Positions 39,221 to 51,700 of a DNA stretch of 64,000 bases are shown here, in pieces. The notes under the pieces were generated by a model, which saw only the letters and a list, made by a program, of their open reading frames with translations, was not told where the DNA came from and did not search any database. Position 1 is the first letter of the stretch. The number at the start of each line of letters is the position of its first letter. Source of the stretch: Tubulanus polymorphus (Eukaryota; Animalia; Nemertea); the NCBI RefSeq assembly GCF_964204645.1, contig NC_134028.1, forward strand, positions 5,394,001-5,458,000. The letters are read 5' to 3'. The translations under genes were made by a program, and so were the position numbers.

Positions 39221-42200
39221 ATGGCTGACGAGCAGGATGTGTCGTTTAAACAGGCCGCATCGGATTTTGCCAACGATACTAATTTTCACGGAGTCAAATA
39301 TATAGTGCATTCTGCAAACTGGTTTTCAAGGTAATATAAATGAAATGTTTTTTTTTCACAGGTCAATGTTCTCTTGAAATTTTGGAATGTGCGAATTGAG
39401 AATTTTTTTCAAGAGACTCGCTGCTACTGGGTTACGGTAAAAATTCGAATGCTGGAATAACCCAAACATTTAAGCATCAGGTGCACGAATCAGCTTAGGC
39501 CAGTTCCACGGTTGTGAGTTAAGATTTGACTCGGAGTTAACTCATTGAAAATGAACTAATTTTAACTCAGAGTTTACTCTAACTCGCCACTGTGGAACCG
39601 GATCCTGTGCTCTTTCGAAATCTGAATTACACGTTAGCCTCGAGGGATCGTCTGGCACATATCCAGGGCAGCGAAATTTTCTAAGTGAACATAAACGTTT
39701 ACATCTAACATCTAAAACAATTATACATTAAATAGTTATTTCTAAAATCAACAAATTTCAAGCAGTGGAAATGGTTCCTGTACTAATTAATAACTTGACT
39801 ACAGTAAAGGTTGTTAGTTAAAACTGGTCTATAAACCCGGTCCCCGACCAGTAAGTGTCCCGCATAGCTTGTCGGTTTTCTTGGAAATGTCAATTTGGTT
39901 TCAGATCTGTGTGGTTTCTCTTAGTGGTGGGTATGACCGGAGCTTTATCCTATCAGATGTACGATCGCATACGATATTTTCGATCACGACCGGTTACTGT
40001 TGATATATCTTTAGAGCGCAATCCGGACAATCGTATTCTGTTTCCCGCTGTAACTATCTGTAACCCGAACACCTACAGGTAATACATGCTTAAAAATAAA
40101 TCGATTAATTCGATAAATGCATAAGATTCCAATCCATGAGACATTTTGGTCAGATATATTTTTAGACTTACCGTAAACGGGGTAAAACTTAAAAACGAAA
40201 GAATTTAGAAATAAGTTCTAAGCACGATTCCAAATCTAATCGTTATCCTACCAGACGATCTTATCAATTCTACCATCAATTTAGTCAATTCAATCATGGA
40301 ATCTAAGAGTACATGATTCAATCCCTTGATTTCTAATCGCTATCATTATTCATGTCGTCGTGTCATGTTTTCTGATGGACCACGATGGTAAATCTTTATC
40401 ACAGAATCGTAACATCTCTTTTTTTTCGATCGTTCGATCAAACCGTTTTATAAAACCAGACTGATTGACGTCTACGAACGAGGGATGTATGATGGTTTGA
40501 ATACGTTCTACGGGACAGACGGAGGATTTGACGACGAGATAAGCAGTTTTAGACTCGACGATATGTACAAAATGGTTACAACTCTCGGACAGAAGAAAAG
40601 CGATGCGATACAAAAGTAAGAATATTAAACCGCGTCCACGTCACACACAATGAAAATTATGAACAAAAGTGGCAGTAAAAGCCTAACTGCCATACTTCAG
40701 TTATGGTTGACAGCTCTTATCATATCATTTACTCAGGGCAAACTTCGCAGGTTGGATTCAGGTTGGAAGAAATGCGGGGGAGGGTTGTCACCTTATATGA
40801 AAAGGGCACTTTGTAGTCGTGGCGGGGATCCTGGTGGTGGCAGAGGGCGTGACGTGCTTGCAGGAGGGTCGGGGGTCTTCCCTGAGAAAGATTTTAAAAC
40901 CTAGGTGCTGTAAGCAGTTCTGAGAACTTTCGTCATAGAAATATCAGTGTCGGGTGAAATTTTTCACCCGTGATTTTCAAAAGGGCGCTTGGTGACTTCG
41001 GTTATCGGAGTTAGTCGACTTTGCGAACGAAGTGAAGCCGAATTAAACTGAACTATATATAGTCCGGATATGGTTGACCACGGGATTGAGCACGGTCGCT
41101 GCAGCCTGGACCTAGTTCCAAGATCGCCACCGACACTTTAAAATACGTTAAGACCGAACTACGGCGCGTTCGGTTATTAGCTACGACCAAGCTGTCGACT
41201 GTCAACGGTCGTTCTCTGTTAAAACTGACCGTGGAACGCGGCGTAACTCGTACACACGCACTATGTCGTGGAATAATGATAATAACATTTATTGATGATA
41301 ACGTCTACATAAAATATACACAATATTGTATTATATTACTGTGGACTAGCGCCGAATTCTTCTTTTCTTTCTGAGGAGAACAGTTTTTCAACGAAGTCTT
41401 GGCTAATCGGTATATGAAATAAAATGCCAAATGTCTATGTTACATTTAGTATATTTTGAGTTATTTCTATCCCGCAGAGCCAATTTCCAGTCTCGGGAGT
41501 TAGGCCTGGAGAATTTGACGACTCTGTTGACCGACTACGGACTTTGTTACGCTTTCAATATACGAAATGATACTAACATATTCGCTGAAGGAACGGGTAA
41601 GGAACAATAAAACTGGAAATAGAATAAAACTTCAAATGTTAACTTTTGTAAAGCAAATTCAGTTATTTAATTTCAGCAATTTCAGTTATTTAGTATATCT
41701 AAATTTTGGTGAAATCCAAAATTTCAGAATTATTCTCGAAATGCTCAGGATTAAATTTCTAACATGTAATATTCCGTTTCAGGAATCGCATTCGGTTTGT
41801 CAATCCTCGTGAACACAGAACAGTATCAGTACATGGAAGGGGAGCACAAGTCCGCGGGATTGAAGATACTCGTACACGACAAGAACGAAGTTCCCCGAAT
41901 CAGCGATCTGGCCATGTCAGTACCAGCCACTATGACTGCCGCCATTGACGTCGTGGCCAGCGAGGTAATAACCATCCGTATTAAGATAAAAACCCGTTAT
42001 GTACAAATTAAAAGAATTTTGAAATCAAGAACTAATTATTTCAAAAAATCTAAAATCTAAAATACACGACGTTTCGATCTCATCCTCTGGTGATCATCAA
42101 TGACACCTGACGATGATCTCTAGGATGAGATCGAAACGTCATGTATTTTATATTTCAGATTTTTTGAATTAATAAATTCTTGATCTTAAAATTCTTCTAA

Positions 42201-45200
42201 TTTGTACATAGTGGGTTTTTTTTAATCTTATTATCCGTTCACCACGTTCGAGTGTGGTAATTGTACTAACAACCAACCATGTTCTGTTATAAATATAAAA
42301 ACCTACGATAAAAATAAAGAAGTTTCCAGTTTCTAGGCGCCATTTTGTGGCGGTCCCTCGAGGTCCCCATTGTTGCGATAATTTGCGTTCATTTTTAAAA
42401 CATAAGTTTAGATTGAATACCATATAGTTCTGCAGTCCCTTGGTCTACGAAATTAATTGATACACCATGTTAAAGGAAATGAAATGCAGATAATTGCTGG
42501 CGATTCTTGGAATTTTTGAACGCAACAATTGAGAACAATGACGATATGAAACCAAGGACCGCATATCTTAACCGCGCGTAAAAGAAATCGTAATATTTAT
42601 TAATTTTAAAATATCTAAGTATCTCTTAAAGCTATATTTCCCATTTTCACAGAGGTTAAAGAGGGTTATTTGTAGTTTAAGCTTGCGTCGAATTTTTTTG
42701 AATATCTTTCCTGACGACTGATCTGTACCCGCTTGAGTTTGAGATTACGTGCATAAGGGGTCTCCCACTGCGCACCGCCATTTCACTGAACATTGAGATT
42801 TGTGAAAAGAAATCGCAAAAATAAAATCTTATATTGGTTTGCAATTATTAATATTGCTTCTGATGGTTATATATTACCTTTATTTTTCGTATGCTTGGAA
42901 ATGGACTTTGAGTGCTTTGATGAATTCGAGTTTTGTAGCGTTGGGAAATTAAAGGATTTCTTGTAAGAGTGGGGACTTTCTGTGTTGGTTGCAAATGTGG
43001 CCTAGTTGAGAACCTAATTTGCGTTTCAACCGAATGTACCACTCATGGTTGGACACTAGAAAAAAAATCTAAGTTTTTATATATTTTTGAATATGCGGCG
43101 CAGCTGAAAGATGCCAAACTGGACGTTGACCCCCTAAAACAGAATATCAAATGGGGGACAGATATGAACCCCTTTAAATATTATATTGGAATTTTATATC
43201 AGTAAGGTTTTCTGGTCGATGTTTTCCAGCAAGAAGGTTGAGATTCAGTAAATTCATCGTATGATTCCAGAATGAGGGATTACCAGAGAGCGATATGTGT
43301 TAAATATGTCCTAAGCGTTTAAATTGACTGGCACATTTCACCATCCACTCTAAAACGTTTGATTTCCCCAAACACAAAATCGGCGCTAGGCTGGACGGGC
43401 TGTAGGCTATACGACAATTCCTCAATTGGGCCGTTCAAACTTCAATAGCGGGACAAACCGGATCCAAAAACCAGCCTAACGAATTGCCCCCGCCAAAATA
43501 CGGTACAAACAAGATATGGATTATCATCTCAAAATATCCCCATGGAAAATGTGAAGAAATCAAATTGCATTTAAAAATTTCTTGTCGCAAATCTCAATGT
43601 TCAGTGAAATTGCAATGCGCAGTGGGAGACCCCTTTTGCGCGTAATGTCAATCTCAAGCGGGTACAGATCAGTCGTCAGGAAAGATATTCAAAAGATTTT
43701 AACGCAGGCTTAAACTACAAATAACCCTCTTTAACCTCTGTAAAAATAGGAAATATAGCTTCAAGAGATACTTAGATATTTCAAAATAAGTAGATATTGC
43801 GGTTTCTCTTACGCAAGGTTAAGATATGCGGTCCTTGGTTTCACATCGTCACTGTTCCCAATTGTTGCGTTCCAAAATTCCAAGAATCGCCAGCAAATAT
43901 CTGCATTTCATTTCCTTTAAAATGCTGTATAACCTAAGTTCACCGAGCAAGGGACTGCAGAACCATATGAAATTCAATCTAAACTTATGTTTTAAAAATG
44001 AGCGCACATCATCGCAACGATGGGGACCTCGAGGGACCGCCACAAAATGGCGCCTAGAAACTGGAAACTTCTTTATTCTTAACATCTTCTTAACTTTATC
44101 GGACGGCGAGGTGATATTGAAAAAAACGTATGAAAGTCAAAGTTCAATATAAAATCATCGGCGAGGAAATGATTATCTATATAAAGTTGCTTAAAAGAAA
44201 ACACAAATATGTTTATGGAAACACTCTCTTCACAGACTACTGAACTTGAAGATCCTTATGGCAAGTGCGTAAAAGATGCTAAACCACAGTCTCAGTGTCT
44301 ACGGCGATGCGAGGTCCGGAAAGTTTCGGAAATTTGTAAATGTAAACCATTCTACGCGGAAGACATCGTATCATCCGATACCAAATACTGTACCTTAATC
44401 CAATATCACAAATGTTACTTGCCAGCTCTGGGTAAGTATAGTTCCCGTGTCGCAACGGAACCATAATAGTTCCAGCCTCCAATATCAGATTTTCTTTATC
44501 TACAGCTGAACTGAAGTTGCACGGGCACGCTTGCGAGGCACTGTGCCCAGCCCCGTGCCACAGAAGGACCTATACTTCCAGAATCAGTTATTCGTCGTTG
44601 TCAAGTTTCATGGCAACGCGCATGGCCGATAACTATTCCGCAGACCCCGCAATTACTAACGAATTCGCGAAAGCGCGAGTGGCACTTCACAGAGTCGACT
44701 ACAATTTGAAAAGTAAAGATTATAAATTAGTAAACGAACTTTACGACGAGTTTCAGGAAGCTAAGAACAAAATCAATGCGATGTACGAAGCGTTCGGCAA
44801 AGCGACAGAGAACAATGTTAATGAGACGAGACGAATCTTAAATATGTTACAAGAATCGAAAGATGATCTGTATCGAGGGACAAAGAAATACATCCGAAAA
44901 TCGGCCGTCGATCGAATAGAAACAATGATTTGGACACCGCTGGCAAACCTTCGACAAGAACTAAACTACCTTGTTACCCCCAACTTAAAAACGTTCAAGG
45001 AATATTTGGACAACATGAAATCACCATCAACGACTAACAGTGGTGTTGATATGGATGATGAAAGTTTTAACTCCACAATAACCGTTACGACAGATGTGTA
45101 CAATCGTGCTAGCACTGCAATCCGGTCGGCAGCTTACGAATTTGACGAGGCGTACAAGCGATTTGCAGAGATACTAAAAAATCCGCATGATTATTCAGAA

Positions 45201-46779
45201 TTCCCAGTCAAACAAGTCAAACTAGTCATCAACGACCTTAAAAGCGTTACTCAGACCCTAAAAACTTTAAGCCAGGTATTCAACGGTAATTGTAAAGATA
45301 TCATCGATACTCTGGTATCAATGAAAGACGGTGAATTGCCAGACGAATGGGATGTTTTCGTAGAAACCGCAACCGTTAACTTGTTCCGACTTGTAAGCAC
45401 TATTGAAAACCAAGGCTTGGTGCTTTACGGTAATCTTTCGATTGTATTAGAAGAACTCAAAGAATTTCATACCAGTGTTGGTATGCAAATACTGAAACTT
45501 AGTATGGCATTCGGGAAGTTCATCAATGCGTCGAACGACATCGCCAATTCTGACGACAGTGAAATGATTGATATTCTCTCAAAAATGAAAAACGTCGATT
45601 CGGACCTAGTAGATAGATTGGAAATGGCAATGGATCATAAGGGAACCTCCGTTCACATGGACAAAGTGGTCGAACTTCATTCAAACGGCAAATTTAAAAT
45701 AATGGACACGTTTCTAGCAAGTACGGTTGAATTCCTCGATAGTGACTTCTTAGATCTACACCTAGCGGCCGCGGAGGTGTCCCGAAATTCCAGAACGACC
45801 ATCGACTTCTTTCAAAAGCTGCAAGCCAGAGTACCATTCGTCCATTTCGATGAGGAACTGCGTGATTCGTTGGACGAATTATCCAAGGTACACAAACAGG
45901 TGTCGCTGTTCAAAGAAAATCTTGTCCAATTGCGACAAAAATTACAAAAGAAAACAGAAAATCTGGACAATCACGTGCAACTATTCATCGATGAATCGGA
46001 AACTAGCGAAAAGTTTGTCAGGTTTGTTTACAAGAATCATTTCAATGAAAACAATTATGTATACACGTGTATAGTAGGAATCTCTTGTACTGTTCACTTC
46101 TAGGGAAAATTTTGTGTACGTGAAAGTATTCTTTCGATCGTTAAGAGTCCAGAAACTGGTGAAGTCTCCCGCTTACTCTTGGTTTTCTCTCATCTGTAAG
46201 TATTTAACAATTCATTTCATTTGTTTGTATTATGCACTATATGCCGATGCTGCGGGAATGTACTAGCTATTAATTAATACGCCCTCTTTTGAGAGCTATA
46301 CGTATCGTTACACCTCTGACTGGTTTGAACACACATCTCTGGTTCTAGAGACTCAAATCCTGGGATATTTATGAACGCAGCTTGTTAATCTAATGTCAAA
46401 TTGATTATTTATTACCTGACTTATTGAAAAATGAGAAAATTACGAAATTTAAATCGATCTCGTAACAGCCTCTCAAGGGTTTTCTCATTCTGTTGATAGC
46501 CATTTGTGTGTTCTGTTCATATTCAAATACGACTCAACTGAGCTGCAGATGACTATTACTTTACCTTTGTTTTCAGGCGATATTGGTGGTACGGCTGGTC
46601 TATATTTGGGCGCGTCTTTGTTAGCGATCGTTGAGGTTTTTCACTTTTTGGGATCGCAATTGATTAGCGGTGCGTCGCGATCGCCTCGGAAGAACACGGA
46701 ACGGAAACCGAAAATAGCCGAAAACCATATCGCGGCGCGAGAAGTTTTTGACACGATAATGCCAGAGAACAAAATATGA
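39221..46779 (+). CDS. DEG/ENaC (ASIC/ENaC superfamily) channel paralog 1, ~915 aa, with giant extracellular insertion
   Basis: Exons 39221-39330, 39905-40078, 40460-40615, 41478-41596, 41783-41964, 44236-44431, 44506-46021, 46104-46195, 46577-46779 (2748 nt, open frame). Motifs: pre-TM1 TNFHG, TM1, FPAVTICNPN, TDYGLCYAFN, GLKILVH, 10-Cys thumb, TM2 CDIGGTAGLYLGASLL. Confidence 0.93.
39498..39604. mobile_element. MITE family D (GGCCAGTTCCAC...GTGGAACCGG); related ~33693-33801, ~37869-37940 and the tandem pair at ~16590-16845
   Basis: Inverted termini CCAGTTCCACgGT / ACTGTGGAACCGG seen in several short dispersed copies. Confidence 0.55.
41976..42237. repeat. ~260-bp imperfect palindrome with hammerhead-ribozyme-like cores (Penelope-like terminal-repeat remnant)
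   Basis: Arms are reverse complementary (ATGTACAAATTA...ACGACGTTTCGATCTCATCC / GGATGAGATCGAAACGTCAT...TAATTTGTACAT); centre contains CTGACGA-stem-GAAACGTC. Confidence 0.6.
42313..44077. mobile_element. Non-autonomous foldback DNA element (~1.76 kb) with ~500-bp terminal inverted repeats, in intron 5 of channel paralog 1
   Basis: 42313-~42813 is the imperfect reverse complement of ~43577-44077 (AATAAAGAAGTTTCCAGTTTCTAGGCGCC... / ...GGCGCCTAGAAACTGGAAACTTCTTTATT); possible TA target duplication; no transposase ORF. Confidence 0.85.
44506..46021 (+). CDS. 1516-nt exon 7 of channel paralog 1 (thumb end, beta10, ~470 aa helical insert)
   Basis: Acceptor TACAG at 44505, donor AG|GTTTGT after 46021; open reading frame (528-aa ORF of the track). 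Confidence 0.9.
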
Positions 46780-47068
46780 TCTATTTACATCGAATGAGGG
46801 GCCGTGGTCTATATTCATAGTTGTGACTTAAATGTAGACCCACCGTGCGGAAATTGGTCCAGTTGCTCCGAATTGAGATGACCAAACTAAATACAAAAAC
46901 CTAACCGATGAAAAACTGCATGGTCCAATTGGAGAATATACATAGAATGAAATAGACATTAGGGACCATGATGGTCTTTTTCAATACGCTTAAGGGCCTT
47001 AAATTCTAAACACGGGTAAGAAAACATATAATTCCGAAAAATGATGATATGACTGTGGTATATTCGTG

Positions 47069-47295
47069 AATAAAGAAGTTTCCAGTTTCTAGGCGCCATT
47101 TTGTGGCGGTCCTTCGAGGTCCCCATTGTTGCGATGATTTGCGCTCATTTTTAAAACATAAGTTTAGATTGAATATCATATAGTTCTGCAGCCCCTTGCT
47201 CGACGAAATCAATTTATACACCATTTTAAAGGAAATGAAATGCACATATTTGCAGGCGATTCCTGGAATTTTTGAACAATTGAGAACAGTGACGA
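47069..47295. mobile_element. Truncated solo arm of the same foldback element
   Basis: Begins with the identical terminus AATAAAGAAGTTTCCAGTTTCTAGGCGCCATTTTGTGGCGG and follows the arm for ~225 bp. Confidence 0.85.
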
Positions 47296-48763
47296 CTGTT
47301 GCTATAATGCTGTAAAACTGTTTATCTACTTAGTGTTGTATCAATGTAAGATGTTTAAGGTTTGTAAATACTACTCTGTACATTCTCGATCTATAAGGGT
47401 GTATTTAGTATAACAGTTTTTTTAATTGAGTTGAATTGAATATCTATGTTTAGGATTTATACAACCTACAATGTATTATAGACATAGCGATGACGACAGT
47501 AAACTTAATTGACTACTGAACAACATGGGAATGCCATATGAAATTAGATTTCGAAGAACACTTTTTATTAGTACATTAAATCATAAACTTCATATCTTAC
47601 AGAAAAAAAACTATGTGCATAATGAATAAGAAGTATATATCCTAGAACATTCAGGACCATTATAATGTTCTAATCTATCTGAATGATCTACTTCCCAAGA
47701 AATACGAGAATTTATTTCTATAGAAGCAAAATCACAGCCATAATACTCGCCGATGTAATGAAATAGATGTTATCTTCATAAAGAATAATCATAGACTATT
47801 TACAATAACTATTACTATAAAGGCCCAAAACTCTGGAACTGGGTACGGAATCTAGAATCATATAATCCTCTCACGTCTTTTGGTATCAATGTAGGAAATT
47901 ATCTTTATCTTATCTTTATTTTCCCATATGTCTACATAGTGTGATATTTGTATTTCTGATGTTGAATGTTTTTGTCCTGTAACTTCTAGGTATGAACGGG
48001 GTATGAACGCAACTGGACATCTTCGCCAGTCGTTCAGCGTCTTTCTTATATTAAAATATTTTGTATTCACCCATGCTACTTCTTATTGTCATTTAATTCC
48101 TTAATGAAATATCATTATTACTATTCCTTAAAGTGTTATCATGTTCGTTTAACGCACAGAATGTATTTAAAATATCTAAGTTGTTCTCAGAGTATTCTTA
48201 AAATGAATTTTACACGTCTCATTATTTTTCAATTAATTGTGTAACCTATTTATAATCCTCTAATAAACAGTATCATGCACGAATCAGAATTTTGTTCTCT
48301 TTTGGGATTATTCATTTGTTTATTAGTAAACGCATTTCCAACTATACGGGGAAACCCGGTTTGACTGCCGTTCTATTGGGAATTATTGCTGAACGTGACT
48401 GAACGCATGGATATCAATTCAACGACTGCTTATGTGAAAAGCTTTTCGAGATTTTCAAATTTATAATCTGTTATTTGAAATTTCTAATATGTATATACAT
48501 ATATGATACATTTATATGAATAACGATGATCACAACCTTAGTAAACTGGATTTAGCAATAGCTTCTTATTTCGAAATACACGTGTATCCCTCGTTAGTTA
48601 GATTGGACCATCCTTGTTATGAAGTGCCATAAATTTGAAAAATTAAATCATGTAATTAGTTTCGGTTTTTGTGACGTGTCGTAATTATCAATAATGAACG
48701 AATGAATGCGTCGATTTATCATATATTTGGCAACTGAACTAAGCGAAGAGCTCAATTACAAGT

Positions 48764-51700
48764 ATGATGGCTGACACGGAGGAGGCGTCACTGAAACAAG
48801 TGATCTCAGATTTTGCGAGTGATACAAATTTTCATGGCGTCAAATATATCGTTCATTCTCCGAGTTGTTTTTCGAGGTAATTGTTTCATAATCTTTTAAA
48901 ACTATCTCACTGTCGTAAGTGTTCGACCTTTTTCAAGATACGCCGGTTCTGCAGTCGAGGCGCAAGTCCAATATGGGCACAATTCTTTTGATCGATTATG
49001 GGCCAAAATGTTTCATGAGTTAAGTTTATAATCTTTCGAGGCAAGGACTATGGAACTGGGATTCTTATAAAGGCACGCACATTATTCGGATTTTAGAGAA
49101 AAACATCCAATACAGTTCAAACCGCTTAAAAACTTTGATGCTGGTTGTTGTATGAGACTTTCTTTTATGGGACAGACTATTCTGGTTTCTGGTCTCTGCG
49201 GAAAATGAAACGTAGGCTTATTTATTGTTTTGTTTCAGATTTGTGTGGTTTCTATTAGTGTTGGGTATGACCGGAGCTTTATCCTATCAGATGTACGATC
49301 GTATACGATATTTTCGATCACGACCGGTTACTGTTGATATATCGCTAGAGCGCAATCCGGACAATCGTATTCTGTTTCCCGCTGTAACTATCTGTAACCC
49401 GAACACCTACAGGTAATACATGCTTAAAAATAAATCGATTAATTCGATAAATGCACAAAATTCCAATCCATGAGACATTTGGTCAGATATATCGTCAGAC
49501 ATATCGTGGGAATTTAGAAATACGTTTTAGGCACGATTCTCAAATCTAGTCGTAATTCTACCAGATGATCTTATCATTAATTTAGTTAATTCAAGACTTT
49601 GGGTCAGATGTATAGTTGTAAACAAGATAAAACTTACACGAAGGAAATTCTAAGTTCTGGGCACGATTTTTAAACTTAGGTCGTATAAATTCTACCAGAT
49701 GATCTGATACGTTCTGTGGCTAAATTAGTAAGCGTTCGAGAATTTGTGGTTTGTTAATTTCAGGTTGAGTGATGTGTACGAAAACGGAATCCACGATACA
49801 TTGTCGACTTTTTACACGACCGGTGACGTGAATGACGATGACTTTTTAAACCAGAGTGATTTACATGAAATGATTACAAAACTCGGACATCGACTGAACG
49901 ATTCATTGTTAGAGTAAGCTAGTGCATATCTTGTGGGGACGGGTTTTTATGAGTCTTCTGATATCAATGATCTTACCCTTTCTCAATGTCGTGCATCTTT
50001 CAATTTCCAGGTCATCGTTTCGGGCTCGTGAATTGAAACTGAATAATTTCACCACGGTTCTCACGGATTACGGCAAATGTTTTACATTCAACGGAAAAGA
50101 CAATCCAGATATACACGCAGATGGAACTGGTAGGCGATTTTAGAAGTATATTCCAATATAACCTTGTGTTTCTGTACTTCCTGAAAATTTGTTCTATAAT
50201 AACGATTAATCAACAAGAGTGTATCTAATTGCTAAAAGAAATGACGAATAAGATGATTTCAAAACATTTCTGATACATTTATGCATTTCCCAAAATGGGA
50301 CCTTAACTTCTACTATGCCCAGACACGCAGTCTGAATAAAGGAATTGATATTATTGTGACCTTCTCGAACGTTCAACTTTAGGAAGCGCATTCGGTTTGT
50401 CCATCATGATTAACACAGAACAGTATCAATACATGGAAGGGGAGCACAAGTCCGCGGGATTGAAGATACTCGTACACGACAAGAACGAAGTTCCCCGAAT
50501 CAGCGATCTGGCCATGTCAGTCCCAGCTTCTATGACTGCGACGATAGACGTCGCAGCAAGCGAGGTATGTTTGAATAAACCGGTCGTGTATAGGTAGTAC
50601 TGGATCAAACGGTAAAAAACTAATGAAATGAACTCATGTTGGCGTCTTCATTCCTTCCATGATTGTTTTATATATATTAGATATTTCCAAATCTGTTTCA
50701 TCCGATGTTTTTGACTTTTAAATTCTCGCCACATTCATGGTACATATTACTTGTCCACCAGATAGACACATGAATCATATCCATACTTTCACTATTCATT
50801 ATAGACTTCTGAGCTCGAGTATCCATATGGCAAGTGCGTAAAAGATGCTAAACCACAGTCACAGTGTCTACGGCGATGCGAGGTCCGGAAGGTTACTGAA
50901 ATCTGTAAATGTAAACCATTCTACGCGGAAGACATTGTATCATCCGATATCAAATACTGTACCTTAATCCAACATCATAGTTGTTCCTTGTCAGCTCTGG
51001 GTAAGACATCAGTTTGTGTGTCACCTCCTCGGTGTTTGTCTTCAGTACGTATCTTACGTTTTGTTCTCTGGTTTTGGAAATCATTGAGTGTATACATTGG
51101 ATCTATATTTTAGATACGTACCTGTACACTTATCATGCAGAGTCCATAGTGCTCGATACAAATCGCAGTAATGAAATTAATGTATTTGCTTCGATTTTAT
51201 TTACAACAGAAGAACTGAGGAAGTCCGAGCAAACATGTGAGGTAGTGTGTCCAGTACCGTGTCACCAAATAACTTATAAGTCTAGAATAAGTTACGCGTC
51301 CATGTCGAGTTATATGGCAAAACGAATGTCAAACAGATTCTCGGCGAATTTCAAGTTACGAAAAGCAGTCACTCGCGCCAGAGTTATTTCCCATTTGCTC
51401 GATACAAAACTCCAGCACAACGACTTTCTGGCCGTCATGCAGTTCGTCCTACACTTCCAACAAAGTATACAGTACTTGCATAACCTACGCGACCGATTCT
51501 TATTGGTATACGGCGATTTAGAAAAGCAGAGAGGAAAGATTACCGCCTCTCTACGGAAGGCTCAATCCGACTTGAACCAAATCAAGAAGGAATACGCGCG
51601 AATATCAGCCTTGAATCATGTGGATTCACTGTTCAGGTCACCGATAGCCACCGTGCGATATGTACACGCCAATTTAGAAGTCATTAAAACTTACTTGTTC

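Noticed and set aside
40990-41340. Possible solo LTR or retroelement fragment in channel-1 intron 3
   Set aside because: GC-richer insert with a minus-strand AATAAA, but no paired TG...CA ends, TSD or PBS could be established.
44517-46103. 528-aa and 568-aa ORFs as stand-alone coiled-coil genes or retroviral env
   Set aside because: Each begins with the thumb CPxPC motif and is bounded by in-phase splice sites joining DEG/ENaC exons; no LTR, pol, furin site or TM anchor.
42169-47245. Three similar ORFs containing WGPRGTATKWRLETGNFFI (42169-42423, 43826-44152, 47006-47245)
   Set aside because: They are the repeated arms of the non-coding foldback element; no transposase motifs.
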